A DNA stretch of 32,000 nt from Bryobacteraceae bacterium. GTDB lineage: Bacteria > Acidobacteriota > Terriglobia > Bryobacterales > Bryobacteraceae. This document shows, piece after piece, positions 1 through 9,639 of the stretch. Numbering within the stretch: the stretch's first letter is position 1; each line of letters begins with the position of its first letter. The stretch lies in contig DASQZT010000132.1 of the NCBI GenBank assembly GCA_035638575.1, forward strand, positions 1 to 32,000, in the 5' to 3' direction. Under the pieces are notes generated by a model. The model made no database searches. It had not been told where the DNA came from and saw only the letters and a list, made by a program, of their open reading frames with translations. The position numbers and the translations under genes were made by a program.

Positions 1-102
1 CTTCAGCCGGTTGAGCGATTCGAAATGGGTGCGCGGCTTGCGCGCAAATTCGGGGAGCCTGGGCCGCGCGGAGGGGCCGATCTGTACCAGCGGGTCGGCC
101 AC
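1..102 (-). CDS. lipA: Probable lipoyl synthase, N-terminal part (continues off the window edge)
   Basis: Minus-strand reading from GTG at 102: (V)ADPLVQIGPSARPRLPEFARKPRTHFESLNRLK, resembling LipA N-termini (KPRLPxWLR...-type lead). Starts 1 nt after the upstream stop, operon-like. Only 34 residues are visible. Confidence 0.45.
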   Translation of the reverse strand, partial: MADPLVQIGPSARPRLPEFARKPRTHFESLNRLK

Positions 103-103
103 C

Positions 104-712
104 TTATCTCCGGAACGTGGCCAGGCGATTGAATCCGGCGCTCTCCAGCTCCGACTTGGCGCGTCCCATGGAGGCCGTGTCGGTGTACGGGCCCACCAGC
201 ACGCGCGTGAGACTGTTCGGCCCGGGACTCAGGGTGGCGGGGAAGCCCTTGTCGCGGAGCGTCTGCACCATGGCCTGGGCCGAATCGCGGTTGGCGGTGG
301 CGATGACCTGCCAGTAGGCGCCGGGCGCCAAATCGCCGGCGGCGTCGGAGGCGGAAGCGGACACCGACGGCGCGGAAGGCGGGGGGGCGGCGGGCGGCGT
401 GGCCTCGCGGGCGGGCTGGGTAACGGGTTGCGCGGGCGCTTCGGCCGGCGGGGAGTCCGCGGCCTTGGACGCCGGCGGCGTTTCCTGCGGCGGGGGGACG
501 GGCACCGGCTCGGGCCGCGTTTCCGAAGCCTTTGCCGGCGGTGGGGACCCGGCCGCCTCGGCCTGCTGCGGCTTGGCGGAGCGGGAGTTCTCACCCACTA
601 CATAGCCCATGGCAAAGGCCACGGCAAACAGGAGCACGATGACGAAAAAACCGCTCAACAACTGGCGGTTGCCCACCACCATTTCGAATTCGCCCGTCTC
701 GTGATTTCTCAT
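104..712 (-). CDS. SPOR-domain protein with one N-terminal transmembrane segment and Pro/Ala-rich linker
   Basis: ORF 202 aa; TM segment LLSGFFVIVLLFAVAFAMGYVVG, Pro-rich linker, C-terminal SPOR-like YWQVIATANRDSAQAMVQTLRDKGFPATLSPG...TRVLVGPYTDTASMGRAKSELESAGF. Confidence 0.85.
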   Translation of the reverse strand: MRNHETGEFEMVVGNRQLLSGFFVIVLLFAVAFAMGYVVGENSRSAKPQQAEAAGSPPPAKASETRPEPVPVPPPQETPPASKAADSPPAEAPAQPVTQPAREATPPAAPPPSAPSVSASASDAAGDLAPGAYWQVIATANRDSAQAMVQTLRDKGFPATLSPGPNSLTRVLVGPYTDTASMGRAKSELESAGFNRLATFRR

Positions 713-715
713 GTC

Positions 716-1510
716 TTACGGATTTCCGGCTCCTGGCCCGGGGGCTCTGGCGAACCTGTCGAGCGCGCCCCCCAAAGATGAGAGTATATCGAGCGGCAGC
801 GGAAATACGATTGTGGTATTTTTCTCCGTGCCGATTTCGACCAGCGTCTGCAGGTAGCGGAGCTGAATGGCCGCCGGCTGTTTCTGGATGACCTCCGCGG
901 CCATGGCCAGCTTTGTGGCGGCGGTGTACTCCCCCTCGGCGTGGATGATCTTGGCGCGCCGCTCGCGTTCCGCCTCGGCCTGCCGCGCGATGGCCCGGAT
1001 CATCTGCTCGGCCAGGTCCACCTGCTTTACTTCCACCACCGTGACTTTCACGCCCCAGGGGGCCGTGTGCTGGTCGAGAATGGATTGCAGCCGCACGTTC
1101 AGTTTTTCCCGCTGGCTCAGCAGTTCGTCCAGCTCGACTTCGCCGAGCACGCTGCGCAGCGTCGTCTGTGCCAGTTGCGAGGTGGCGTAGAGGAAATCCG
1201 TAACCTCCAGCACGGCGAGCTGCGGTTCGATCACGCGAAAGTAAATCACGGCATTCACCTTCACCGTCACGTTGTCGCGGGTGACCACGTCCTGCGAAGG
1301 AACTTCGAACGCGGCGATGCGCAGCGAGATGCGCACCATGCGGTCGATGGGCGCGAAGACGAAGATGATTCCCGGTCCTTTGGGTTTTTCCAGCACGCGT
1401 CCCAGGCGGAAGATCACGCCGCGCTCGTATTCGCGCAGAATCTTGATGGAACTGAGCAGGTACAGAACGATGAAGATAATGATAATCGAGCCAAACGGAA
1501 GTGCGTCCAT
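716..1510 (-). CDS. SPFH/band-7 (stomatin/slipin) family membrane protein
   Basis: From Met at 1510: [64 protein letters not shown]..., classical slipin sequence. The track ORF 716..2359 is over-extended. Confidence 0.93.
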   Translation of the reverse strand: MDALPFGSIIIIFIVLYLLSSIKILREYERGVIFRLGRVLEKPKGPGIIFVFAPIDRMVRISLRIAAFEVPSQDVVTRDNVTVKVNAVIYFRVIEPQLAVLEVTDFLYATSQLAQTTLRSVLGEVELDELLSQREKLNVRLQSILDQHTAPWGVKVTVVEVKQVDLAEQMIRAIARQAEAERERRAKIIHAEGEYTAATKLAMAAEVIQKQPAAIQLRYLQTLVEIGTEKNTTIVFPLPLDILSSLGGALDRFARAPGPGAGNP

Positions 1511-1512
1511 TT

Positions 1513-2820
1513 TCAGCCTCCAGTACGGTCCGGAACCGGTTCCACAGTGAGCTTCAGTTTGTCGATGGCCGTGACCTTGACGCGCGCTCCAGCGGCCACG
1601 GGCTGGAGCGCCACGGCGACCCAATACTCGCCGTGGACAAATACCATGCCGCCGGGCGCAAGCGTGGTGATGGCCGCGCCGACTTCGCCGATCATGCCTT
1701 CCGAGCCGGTCTGCACCTTGCCGCGCCGCGCGCGGACGGCCAGCGTCACCAGCAGCAGCGTAATCAGGGAGAAGGGAAGCACCAGCGCGATGGCGGTCAG
1801 CCAGTGGACGCGCATCTCCGGTATGGGGCTGTTGACCAGGGTCACGGCGCCGATCAGCAGGGACACCGCTCCGCCGACTCCCAGGACGCCGTGGGTGGGA
1901 TACTTGGCTTCCAGCGCAAACAGCACGAACCCCAGCAGCAGCATCGCCGCCCCCAGCCAGTTGATGGGCAGCACCGAGATGGCCGAGAGGCCCAGCAGCA
2001 CGCAGATGGCCCCGAACACGCCGGGCGCCACCATTCCGGGCGAGCTGAACTCCACGTAGATCAGCATGGCGCCGATGAACAGCAGCACCAGCGCGATGTT
2101 GGGATCGGCGATCGCGGAGATGAGCTTCTGCCGCGGGGAGAGCTGATAGACTTCGATGTCCGCGCCCGCCGTGTGGAGCGTCTGCGTGGTGCCGTTGAAG
2201 CGCGTGACGGTGCGGCCGTCGAGCGCCGCGAGCAGTTCGCGCTCGCCGGGCGCGACCAGGTCGATCAGGTGCTGGTCCAGCGCCTCGCGCTCGGTGAACG
2301 ATTTGCTCTCGCGGACCGCGGTTTCGGCCAGCGCGGCGTTCCGCCCGCGCTTGACGCAAATGCTGCGCATGTAAGCGGAAGCGTCGTTCTCAACCTTCTG
2401 CTTCATGACGGCGTCCATTTCGGCGCCGCCCAGCGAGACGGGATGGGCCGCGCCGGTGTTGGTGCCCGGCGCCATGGCCGCCATGTCTCCCGATTCCAGA
2501 ATGAAAAAGCCGGCCGAGGCGGCACGCCCGCCGCTGGGCGCGACATAAGTGGCCACGGGGACCGGCGAGGAGGCGATCTTCTCTATGGTCTCGCGCATCG
2601 CGTCCATCAGCCCGCCGGGCGTGTTGAGCCGGACGATGAGCAGGATGGCATTCTCTTGCTTGGCTTGCTCGATGGCGCTGGCCACGATGTCCACGGTGAT
2701 CGGGTGCACCACGCTATCGATGTCGACGACGATCACCCTGGATGCCGCAGCGCCCTGCGCCGCGAGCGCCAGCGCTAACGCAAGTATGGCACTTACTCGC
2801 AACCTATCCTCAATATACAC
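1513..2820 (-). CDS. NfeD-family membrane serine protease (ClpP-class/NfeD1b-like)
   Basis: Signal peptide, [73 protein letters not shown] (ClpP-like Ser centre), TM region and C-terminal NfeD OB domain; 2 nt from the slipin gene, the usual NfeD-slipin pairing. Confidence 0.9.
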   Translation of the reverse strand: MYIEDRLRVSAILALALALAAQGAAASRVIVVDIDSVVHPITVDIVASAIEQAKQENAILLIVRLNTPGGLMDAMRETIEKIASSPVPVATYVAPSGGRAASAGFFILESGDMAAMAPGTNTGAAHPVSLGGAEMDAVMKQKVENDASAYMRSICVKRGRNAALAETAVRESKSFTEREALDQHLIDLVAPGERELLAALDGRTVTRFNGTTQTLHTAGADIEVYQLSPRQKLISAIADPNIALVLLFIGAMLIYVEFSSPGMVAPGVFGAICVLLGLSAISVLPINWLGAAMLLLGFVLFALEAKYPTHGVLGVGGAVSLLIGAVTLVNSPIPEMRVHWLTAIALVLPFSLITLLLVTLAVRARRGKVQTGSEGMIGEVGAAITTLAPGGMVFVHGEYWVAVALQPVAAGARVKVTAIDKLKLTVEPVPDRTGG

Positions 2821-2913
2821 CTTAGATACACCCCCGGGAGGCCGCGGTCTGAAATGACACTCTGGTAATTGAACTGATAGAAAGATTTAATGCCTTTTTC
2901 ACCGGAATTCGGC

Positions 2914-2919
2914 TATAAT
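2914..2919 (+). promoter_or_regulatory. -10-like TATAAT upstream of the DUF2934-type gene
   Basis: TATAAT in ...GAATTCGGCTATAATCGTAAGG; no convincing -35 box. Confidence 0.35.
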
Positions 2920-2957
2920 CGTAAGGAATACTCAAGCAGGGAGAATCGCTAACTTAC

Positions 2958-3266
2958 ATGGCTAAACGCAATCCCGAAAACGATCTGGTAGTGTCTTCCA
3001 ATGCCGCGGCTGTCCCCGCGCGCCACAAACCCGCTTCGAAGCGCGCTAAGCATTCCGCCGGGGCGCCCACAGGGGCCGTCGAGCCGGCGATGGCGCCGGA
3101 ACCAGCCCCCCTGGCAGAGGCCCCCGTGTACGTTTCCGAACCGAGCAACGCAGAAATCGCCACGCTGGCCTACTCGTTTTGGGAAGCCCGCGGTTGTCAG
3201 GGTGGCTCGCCCGCGGAAGACTGGCTGCGCGCCGAGCAGGAACTGCGAGTCCGCGTCACTGCCTGA
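2958..3266 (+). CDS. DUF2934-like small protein
   Basis: C-terminus PSNAEIATLAYSFWEARGCQGGSPAEDWLRAEQELRVR resembles DUF2934 (IAxxAYxxWExxGxPxGxxxxDWxxAExEL). Confidence 0.75.
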   Translation: MAKRNPENDLVVSSNAAAVPARHKPASKRAKHSAGAPTGAVEPAMAPEPAPLAEAPVYVSEPSNAEIATLAYSFWEARGCQGGSPAEDWLRAEQELRVRVTA

Positions 3267-3269
3267 TCT

Positions 3270-3893
3270 TCATTTATATTTCCTGAGCACCGCCAGCAGG
3301 CGGCCTTGAATCATCACGTCCCGCGCCGGGACCAGAATCGGCTTGAGAGCGGAATTCGCTGGCTGGAGCCGTATCGTGTCTCCGCTTTCGCGGTAGAACC
3401 GTTTCAGCGTGGCGTCGCTCCCGGCTACCAGCGCCACCACGATGTCGCCGTCCCTCGCCTGGGCCACGCGCTCCAGCAGGATGAGGTCGCCGTCGCAGAT
3501 GTGCTCGTCGATCATCGAGTTCCCGCTCACCTCGAGGGCGTAAGTGTTGGGGTTGCCCGCAAAATCGGCGAAATTCAGCGTCTCCCGGTGCTCCACGGCC
3601 TCCACCGGCGATCCCGCCGCGATGCGCCCCAACAACGGGATTTCCGGAGCAGCGGGTCTGGTCCTCCGCGATTCCTGAAGGTACTTCGGAGTCAGCTCCA
3701 GCGAGCGGCTCTGGTTGAACCCGCGCTTGAGGTAATTCTTGCCCTCCAGCACCGAAATGTGCTTGTGCACGGTGGCCAGCGAAGCCAGATCCAGCCCTCG
3801 GGCGATCTCGTCGTAGCTCGGACAGTAGCCGTTATCGTCCAGGAAATCGGCGATGAAGTCGAGCACCTGCTTTTGCCGCTTGGTCAGTGCCAT
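3270..3893 (-). CDS. lexA: SOS-response transcriptional repressor LexA
   Basis: MALTKRQKQVLDFIADFLDDNGYCPSYDEIARGLDLASLATVHKHISVLEGKNYL...; Ala-Gly self-cleavage context GRIAAGSPVEAVE; catalytic Ser GNSMIDEHICDGD and Lys VALVAGSDATLKRFY. Confidence 0.95.
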   Translation of the reverse strand: MALTKRQKQVLDFIADFLDDNGYCPSYDEIARGLDLASLATVHKHISVLEGKNYLKRGFNQSRSLELTPKYLQESRRTRPAAPEIPLLGRIAAGSPVEAVEHRETLNFADFAGNPNTYALEVSGNSMIDEHICDGDLILLERVAQARDGDIVVALVAGSDATLKRFYRESGDTIRLQPANSALKPILVPARDVMIQGRLLAVLRKYK

Positions 3894-3983
3894 GTATGTC
3901 CTCATGTTCATTGTGGGCGAATAAAAAGGGAAAATCAAGCCTAAAGAAATTTCCCGCGCCGCCGATAGTCTTGGGGAGAGGCA

Positions 3984-4976
3984 TTGATGATCTCGATTCG
4001 AAACTCGATGTCCGAGTTGGAGCGCTGCCACCAGGAGCGGACCCTGGCGGTGGAATGCTACCAAACCGCCATCCAGAATCTGAGCCACTATACGATCGAG
4101 CTGGACAAGGAGATTACCGAACCCCAGCGAAAATACCTGGCTGCTCTGGCGGAGTCGCTTTCGCCGGGCACGCCGGAGGCCCTGGAGGAGAGCCAGGCCA
4201 CCTTGCGCGGCCTGCTGCGCGATTATCGCGACAAGGCGGCGGAGTTCCTCAACGAGATGCGCGAAGAGCTGGTGAGCACGACCCGCGCGCTCGAGGAGAT
4301 CCTGGACTCGCTGTCGCAGACCGATGGCGATCAAGAGCTGCGGCTCCGCAACGCCATGAGCCGTCTGCGGGACATAGCGACCTTCCCCGAGGCGTCCGGG
4401 ATTCGCGCGACGCTGCTCTCGGTGGCCGGCAACATGGAGGACAGCCTGGAGCAGATCCGGAAACAACACCAGCTTGCCATAGCCGAGTTTCAAGTGGAGA
4501 TCCGCATGCTCCACAAGCGCATCGATTCGCTGGAGGTGGCATCGTCTATCGATCAACTCACCAAGCTGTTCAACCGCCAGGAAATCGAGCAGCGGATCCG
4601 CGCCTCGCCAATCGGGTACTGCATGCTGCTGGCCAGGGTGAGCGGCATGCGCCTGGCCGAGGTCCACTTCGGCCCGGACGTGGCCGGGGAACTCGCGGGC
4701 GCATTCGCCAAACGGCTGCGCAACAGCCTCCCGATTACCGCGGTTCTCGGCCGCTGGAGCAAGGAGGAATTTGTGGCCTTGCTCACCATTCCGAAAACCC
4801 AAGCCATCAATCTCTCTAAAGTGCTTTCGGAACAGCTATCCGGCTCCTATTCCTGTCTGAAGGACGGCAAGACCGTCCGTCCGGCGCTCCAGTTGACCGT
4901 GGCGGTAGTCGAGAGCGTCGGCAACACGCCCGAGCGCATGGTCCAATGCGCAGCCGCTTTCCTCACCGGCGACTAA
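3984..4976 (+). CDS. Coiled-coil protein with degenerate GGDEF (diguanylate cyclase-like) domain
   Basis: SSIDQLTKLFNRQEIEQRI is a GGDEF-domain entry motif; the expected GGDEF/GGEEF signature position reads GRWSKEEFVALL. Confidence 0.8.
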   Translation: MMISIRNSMSELERCHQERTLAVECYQTAIQNLSHYTIELDKEITEPQRKYLAALAESLSPGTPEALEESQATLRGLLRDYRDKAAEFLNEMREELVSTTRALEEILDSLSQTDGDQELRLRNAMSRLRDIATFPEASGIRATLLSVAGNMEDSLEQIRKQHQLAIAEFQVEIRMLHKRIDSLEVASSIDQLTKLFNRQEIEQRIRASPIGYCMLLARVSGMRLAEVHFGPDVAGELAGAFAKRLRNSLPITAVLGRWSKEEFVALLTIPKTQAINLSKVLSEQLSGSYSCLKDGKTVRPALQLTVAVVESVGNTPERMVQCAAAFLTGD

Positions 4977-4983
4977 GGCCGCG

Positions 4984-7464
4984 TCACATCAAGGTCAGCG
5001 GGTCCACATCGATCATCAGCGCCGTCGCGTTCCACTTGTGGTCGAGCGCGAAGGAGCGAATCCGCTGGAGCAGCTCATTCAGCGCCTTGCGGCTGGCCGC
5101 TTTGATCAGGAACTGGTAGCGGTACTCGCTCTTGAGGCGCGCCACCGGCGCCTCCGCCGGTCCCAGGATCCTCAGTTTTTCGGGAGGCGGAACCAGCAGC
5201 GCTCCCAGCTCCGCGCTCATCCGCATGGCCATCTCCTGCTTCTCGCTGCGGACCAGCACGTTGGCCATGGCGGTGAACGGCGGATAGTGCATCATGCGGC
5301 GGAACGTCAGCTCCTTTTCGTAGAAAGCCTGATAGTCCTGCGCCGCGGCCATGCGCACGGCATAGTGGTCGGGGTTGATGGTCTGCACCAGGACGATTCC
5401 AGGAACGCTGCCGCGGCCGGCGCGGCCCGCCACCTGCGTCAGCAATTGGAAGGTCCGCTCCGCCGCGCGGAAGTCCGGCATCCCCAGTCCGACGTCGGCC
5501 GACACCACGCCCACCAGCGTCACGTTGGGAATGTCGTGCCCCTTGGCGATCATTTGCGTTCCCACCAGCACGTCGTAAAAGCCTTCGCGAAAATCGTGGA
5601 GCACGGTCTCGTACTGGCGCTTGCCCGTCACCGTATCGCGATCCAGCCGCGCGATGCGGGCGGCGGGAAACGCCTGGTGCAGCTCTTCCTCCACGCGCTC
5701 CGACCCCAGCCCCAGAAAGTAAATATGCTCGCTGGCGCACTTGGGGCAGACGCTCGGCACCTTCTCGGCATACCCGCAGACGTGGCACAACAGCCGCCGG
5801 TCCCGCTTGTGGTAGGTGAGGGTCAGCGAGCAGTTCATGCACTCCACCCTCTGGCCGCAGGAGCGGCACGCCACAAAGCTCGAAAAGCCGCGCCGGTTCA
5901 GCAGGACGATAGTCTGCTCGCCGTTCTCCAGCCGGGCGCCGAGCGCCTCCAGCAGCTTCCGCGAAAACGTGGACTGCTTGCGCGTCTCGAGAAACTCCTG
6001 GCGCATGTCGATCAGCTCCACCGTGGGCATCGGCCGCTCTTCGATCCGCCCCGGCAGTTCCAGCATGCGGTACTTCCCGCGCTCCGCGTTGTAGCGCGTT
6101 TCCAGGCTCGGCGTGGCCGACCCCAGCACCACGCACGCGCCCGCCGCCTGCGCCCGCACGATGGCCACGTCGCGCCCGTGGTAGCGCGGCGTTTCCTCCT
6201 GCTTGTAGCTGCCGTCGTGCTCTTCATCCACCACGATCAGGCCCAGGTTGCGCACCGGCGCGAACACGCCCGACCGCGTGCCTACCACCACCAAAGCCGC
6301 GCCGCTGCGGATTCTGCGCCACTGCTCGGAGCGCTCCACGTCGGTGAAGGCGCTGTGCAGGATGGCCACCTTGTCGCCGAAGCGCGAGAAAAACTGGCCG
6401 GCCATGGCCGGGGTCAGGGCGATCTCGGGAACCAGCAGCAGCGCCCCGCGCCCTTCCGCCAATGCCGCCTCGATGGCGTTCAGATACACTTCGGTCTTGC
6501 CCGACCCGGTGACGCCGTGCAACAGGAAGGTCTGGAATTGTTTGGCGGCGATGGCGTCCCGAATCGCGTCGAATGCGGCCTGCTGCGCCGGGTTCATGGC
6601 GTGCCGTACGCGAACCGGCCCGCTCCGGATGGCCGCGTTCTCCGGCCGCAGCGTGACCATCCCCTTGCGCGCCAGCGAACGCGCCGCCGCGCTCGCGTTC
6701 TTGACGGCATCCTCCAGGTCTTTCAGGTTGTGCGAGCCCGGGTGCAGCTCGAGGAAGGCCCGCAGCTCGCGCTCGGGCTTGGTCAGCTTGCCATCCGCGG
6801 CGCTCCCCGCCAGCTCCACCCGCAGGCGCTCGGCGGGCGCGCGCAGCGGATCCCGCTCGGTCTGCACCTGCTCTGCCGCGATGAACCCTTTGCGCTGGAG
6901 CGACCGCACCGCCTTGTCGGCCAGCGGCAGAGCCTTGGCCAGGTAGGCCGCCGAGAGCGGCCGCTTCTCCAGCATCCGCAGCACCTGCGCCACCGGGTCG
7001 TCGGGCGCCGAGTCCAGCAGAAGCTGGCGCGCGGCGTCCTGCCCGGCATCGGTCAGCGACCAGATCTTGCCGCGCCGGATTTCCGAGGCCAGCGGCAGCA
7101 TGGATCGCAAAACGTCCCCCAGCGGCGCGCAATAATACCCGGCGATCCACCGGCCCAGCGCCAGCAGCTCCGCATCCAGCACGGGCGTGGCGTCGATCAG
7201 CCGCAGCGCCTCCCGCGTGGCAACCGCGGGCGGCTCGTCGTGGCAGCGCAGGATGACCCCCGTCAGCTTGCGCGGGCCGAACGGCACGATGATGCGGCTG
7301 CCCGGCTGCACGCGGTGCCGCAGCGTCTCGGGCAGCTCGTAGGTGAACGGCTGATCGAGGGGGACCGGAAGGCTGACGTCGATGTAGCGGTACGTGGCAG
7401 GGCTCCTGGTTTCAGGATACACAGTGCACTGCCGTACAACGGTGCTCGGTGTGCTACGTTGCAT
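4984..7464 (-). CDS. priA: Primosomal protein N' (replication restart helicase PriA)
   Basis: YRYIDVSLPVPLDQPFTYELPE...; Walker A LLHGVTGSGKTEVY; DEEHDGSYKQEETPRYHGRDVA; Cys-rich zinc region CRSCGQRVECMNCSLTLTYHKRDRRLLCHVCGYAEKVPSVCPKC; RAGRGSVPGIVLVQT. True start may be downstream of the listed Met. Confidence 0.96.
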   Translation of the reverse strand: MQRSTPSTVVRQCTVYPETRSPATYRYIDVSLPVPLDQPFTYELPETLRHRVQPGSRIIVPFGPRKLTGVILRCHDEPPAVATREALRLIDATPVLDAELLALGRWIAGYYCAPLGDVLRSMLPLASEIRRGKIWSLTDAGQDAARQLLLDSAPDDPVAQVLRMLEKRPLSAAYLAKALPLADKAVRSLQRKGFIAAEQVQTERDPLRAPAERLRVELAGSAADGKLTKPERELRAFLELHPGSHNLKDLEDAVKNASAAARSLARKGMVTLRPENAAIRSGPVRVRHAMNPAQQAAFDAIRDAIAAKQFQTFLLHGVTGSGKTEVYLNAIEAALAEGRGALLLVPEIALTPAMAGQFFSRFGDKVAILHSAFTDVERSEQWRRIRSGAALVVVGTRSGVFAPVRNLGLIVVDEEHDGSYKQEETPRYHGRDVAIVRAQAAGACVVLGSATPSLETRYNAERGKYRMLELPGRIEERPMPTVELIDMRQEFLETRKQSTFSRKLLEALGARLENGEQTIVLLNRRGFSSFVACRSCGQRVECMNCSLTLTYHKRDRRLLCHVCGYAEKVPSVCPKCASEHIYFLGLGSERVEEELHQAFPAARIARLDRDTVTGKRQYETVLHDFREGFYDVLVGTQMIAKGHDIPNVTLVGVVSADVGLGMPDFRAAERTFQLLTQVAGRAGRGSVPGIVLVQTINPDHYAVRMAAAQDYQAFYEKELTFRRMMHYPPFTAMANVLVRSEKQEMAMRMSAELGALLVPPPEKLRILGPAEAPVARLKSEYRYQFLIKAASRKALNELLQRIRSFALDHKWNATALMIDVDPLTLM

Positions 7465-7469
7465 GGCAG

Positions 7470-8735
7470 ATGCGCATCCGGATGCTCCTATTGTGGGGCG
7501 CCGCCGTCGCGTATGGCGCCAGCGACCAGCGGCCGGCCCTGCTTTCGAAGGCGGAATCGGCCTTTGACCGTGTCCAACTGAACGCGGTGCCCGACCTGCG
7601 CGATACCACTGCTTGTGTTCAGGCGCTGGCGGCTTTCCTGCCGGCCGCCTTGCCCGACGACCTGCCGATGGTCCACTTCCGCAAGGCCTACTGCACCCTG
7701 GCGGGCGCCGCGATCACGGGCAATGCCGCCGAATTTACCGACGCCGCGTCCGAATTCGACCGGGCCATGCAGTCCTGGCCGGCCCGAACCGCCACTCGAA
7801 ATAAGCCGCCGGAGCCGATCTCCTCGGGTCTTCTTGTGCTCGCCTCCATTGCGCGCCTGAAAGCCGGGACCGACGCGGACGGCGCCGAGCTTGCCCGGAA
7901 CCAGATCGCCGCCGCCTTATCCAACCCGGTCTGCTCGTCTGCCGTGGTGCCTGCCGAATTCTGCCAGGCCGTCCTCCGGACCGGGCGCGAGTGGCTGGGC
8001 TGGATGGCATTGCGCAACGGCGACCTCGCCGGCGCCGCGAAGGAGTTTGCCGGATCTTCCTCGGGCTGGCTGGAGTGGATCGCCGGCCGCCGGGCCTTTG
8101 ACCAGGCCCGCTACCAGGAGGCCGCCTCGGCCTACCGGCGCGCCATGGAGATTCTGCATCCCGCCGTGCCGTCCTCGCTCGCCGCGCGACTCGGCCCGCC
8201 CGCCGGCCGGGCGTCCGAACTGGTGGAATTGGGTAGCGCCCAGCTTCTGGCGGGCGAAGCCAGGGAGGCCATCGCCACCTTCGATGCCGCGGTGAAAGCC
8301 GATGCTTCCGACGCGCGGGCGCTCTACTTGCGGGCTCGCGCCAAGGAGATCGCCGGCGAGACCGAGTCCGCGCTCGCCGATTACAACCTCGCCAGCCGTA
8401 CCGCGTTCGCCGGCGCCAAGGATCTGGCATCCGGCGAAGCGCACCTGTACCGGGGAATTCTCCTTTACCGCCGCAAGGGCTACGCGTTCGCCGAAGACGA
8501 ATTCTCGAGCGCGCTCAACTTCGAGATCACCGGACAGATGCGGGCCGACGCCGAAGCCTGGCGGCATCTTGCCGCGGTCGCTGGCGGCTCTTGCGGAGTG
8601 TCGCGGCAATACCTGGAGCGCGCGCTCCCCGCTGTTTCGCCCTATTTCCCCAAAGACGAAGCACGGGCGGCGCTAGCCACCTGCGCGGCCGGCTTGAGCG
8701 AGGTGAAACCGGCCGCCGCCGGCGACGCAAAATGA
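7470..8735 (+). CDS. Secreted/periplasmic tetratricopeptide-repeat protein
   Basis: Signal-like MRIRMLLLWGAAVAYGA, TPR-like helices (AREAIATFDAAVKADASDARALYLRARAKEIAGETESALADYNLA). Divergent from priA. Confidence 0.75.
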   Translation: MRIRMLLLWGAAVAYGASDQRPALLSKAESAFDRVQLNAVPDLRDTTACVQALAAFLPAALPDDLPMVHFRKAYCTLAGAAITGNAAEFTDAASEFDRAMQSWPARTATRNKPPEPISSGLLVLASIARLKAGTDADGAELARNQIAAALSNPVCSSAVVPAEFCQAVLRTGREWLGWMALRNGDLAGAAKEFAGSSSGWLEWIAGRRAFDQARYQEAASAYRRAMEILHPAVPSSLAARLGPPAGRASELVELGSAQLLAGEAREAIATFDAAVKADASDARALYLRARAKEIAGETESALADYNLASRTAFAGAKDLASGEAHLYRGILLYRRKGYAFAEDEFSSALNFEITGQMRADAEAWRHLAAVAGGSCGVSRQYLERALPAVSPYFPKDEARAALATCAAGLSEVKPAAAGDAK

Positions 8736-8777
8736 CCGGTCACGCCGCGGACCGGTTGTGTTACAGTTCAGGGTAAT

Positions 8778-9281
8778 ATGGCATCCCGAAGTGTCAACAA
8801 AGTGATCCTGCTGGGGAATCTCGGCAAGGACGCCGAGACCAAGTTCACCCCCGGCGGCGTGGCCCGATCCAGTTTCACGGTGGCGACCAGTCGCCGCTGG
8901 AAGGACAAAGAGACCGGCGAATGGAAGGAAGAGACCGACTGGCATAACGTCACCATCTGGCGCGCGGAGAATCTCGCGAACTACCTCACCAAGGGCAAGC
9001 AGGTCTACGTGGAAGGCCGCCTCCAGACTCGCAGTTACGATGACAAGGACGGGCAGAAGCGTTACTTCACGGAAGTCGTGGCCGACGAGCTGATCCTCCT
9101 GGGTGGCCGCGGCGACTCGCCCGGCGGACCCCCTGGCTCCGGCGATTTCGAACGCCCGGTTTCCATGCCCCGCTCCGCCCAGCGCTCCCAGCCGTCGGCC
9201 GCGCCGCCCGCGCCGGCCGCACCCCAAGCGCCGCCGGACGATTTCAACCAGGGCATCACGGACGACGACGTGCCGTTCTGA
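8778..9281 (+). CDS. ssb: Single-stranded DNA-binding protein
   Basis: MASRSVNKVILLGNLGKDAETKFTPGGVARSSFTVATSRRWKDKETGEWKEETDWHNVTIW...KGKQVYVEGRLQTRSY; acidic C-tip GITDDDVPF. Confidence 0.96.
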   Translation: MASRSVNKVILLGNLGKDAETKFTPGGVARSSFTVATSRRWKDKETGEWKEETDWHNVTIWRAENLANYLTKGKQVYVEGRLQTRSYDDKDGQKRYFTEVVADELILLGGRGDSPGGPPGSGDFERPVSMPRSAQRSQPSAAPPAPAAPQAPPDDFNQGITDDDVPF

Positions 9282-9290
9282 TCTTCTCCC

Positions 9291-9530
9291 GTGACCCGGC
9301 GATTCACAGGCAAGCAGGGCCAGTATCTGGCCTTCATCCATTACTACACGAAATTGCACCGGTGCCCGCCGGCGGAGATGGACATGCAGAGGTACTTCCG
9401 CGTGAGCCCGCCTTCCGTTCACGACATGGTGATGCGGTTGGAGGCCAATGGCCTCATCGAGCGCACACCGTGGGAGAGCCGGTCGATCCGGCTGCTGGTC
9501 CCGAGCGAGGATCTGCCCGATCTGGAGTAG
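9291..9530 (+). CDS. Stand-alone LexA-like winged-helix DNA-binding protein
   Basis: MTRRFTGKQGQYLAFIHYYTKLHRCPPAEMDMQRYFRVSPPSVHDMVMRLEANGLIERTPWESRSIRLLVPSEDLPDL; same layout as the LexA N-terminal domain without the peptidase domain. Confidence 0.7.
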   Translation: MTRRFTGKQGQYLAFIHYYTKLHRCPPAEMDMQRYFRVSPPSVHDMVMRLEANGLIERTPWESRSIRLLVPSEDLPDLE

Positions 9531-9570
9531 CTGCCCGGCCACTGCGGAAAGGAGAAACTGGACCACTAGA

Positions 9571-9592
9571 GGGGCCGGCAGGATCCGGCCCC
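9571..9592. terminator. Hairpin between convergent genes, possible bidirectional terminator
   Basis: GGGGCCGG-CAGGAT-CCGGCCCC: perfect 8-bp stem, 6-nt loop; no T tract. Confidence 0.45.
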
Positions 9593-9639
9593 GAGCGGCT
9601 GTCCACGCACGCGCCAGTCAGCGATCAGACCAGCGGGTC

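Noticed and set aside
717-2359. Full 547-aa minus ORF at 716..2359 as one protein
   Set aside because: Its N-terminal 280 residues are an out-of-frame reading of the NfeD gene; the real slipin starts at 1510.
1501-2778. 425-aa plus-strand ORF antisense to the NfeD gene
   Set aside because: Shadow frame of a confidently identified NfeD-like protease.
5038-7581. 847-aa plus-strand ORF antisense to priA
   Set aside because: Shadow ORF typical of high-GC DNA; Arg/His/Gln/Gly-rich composition with no domain features, while the minus strand encodes clear PriA.
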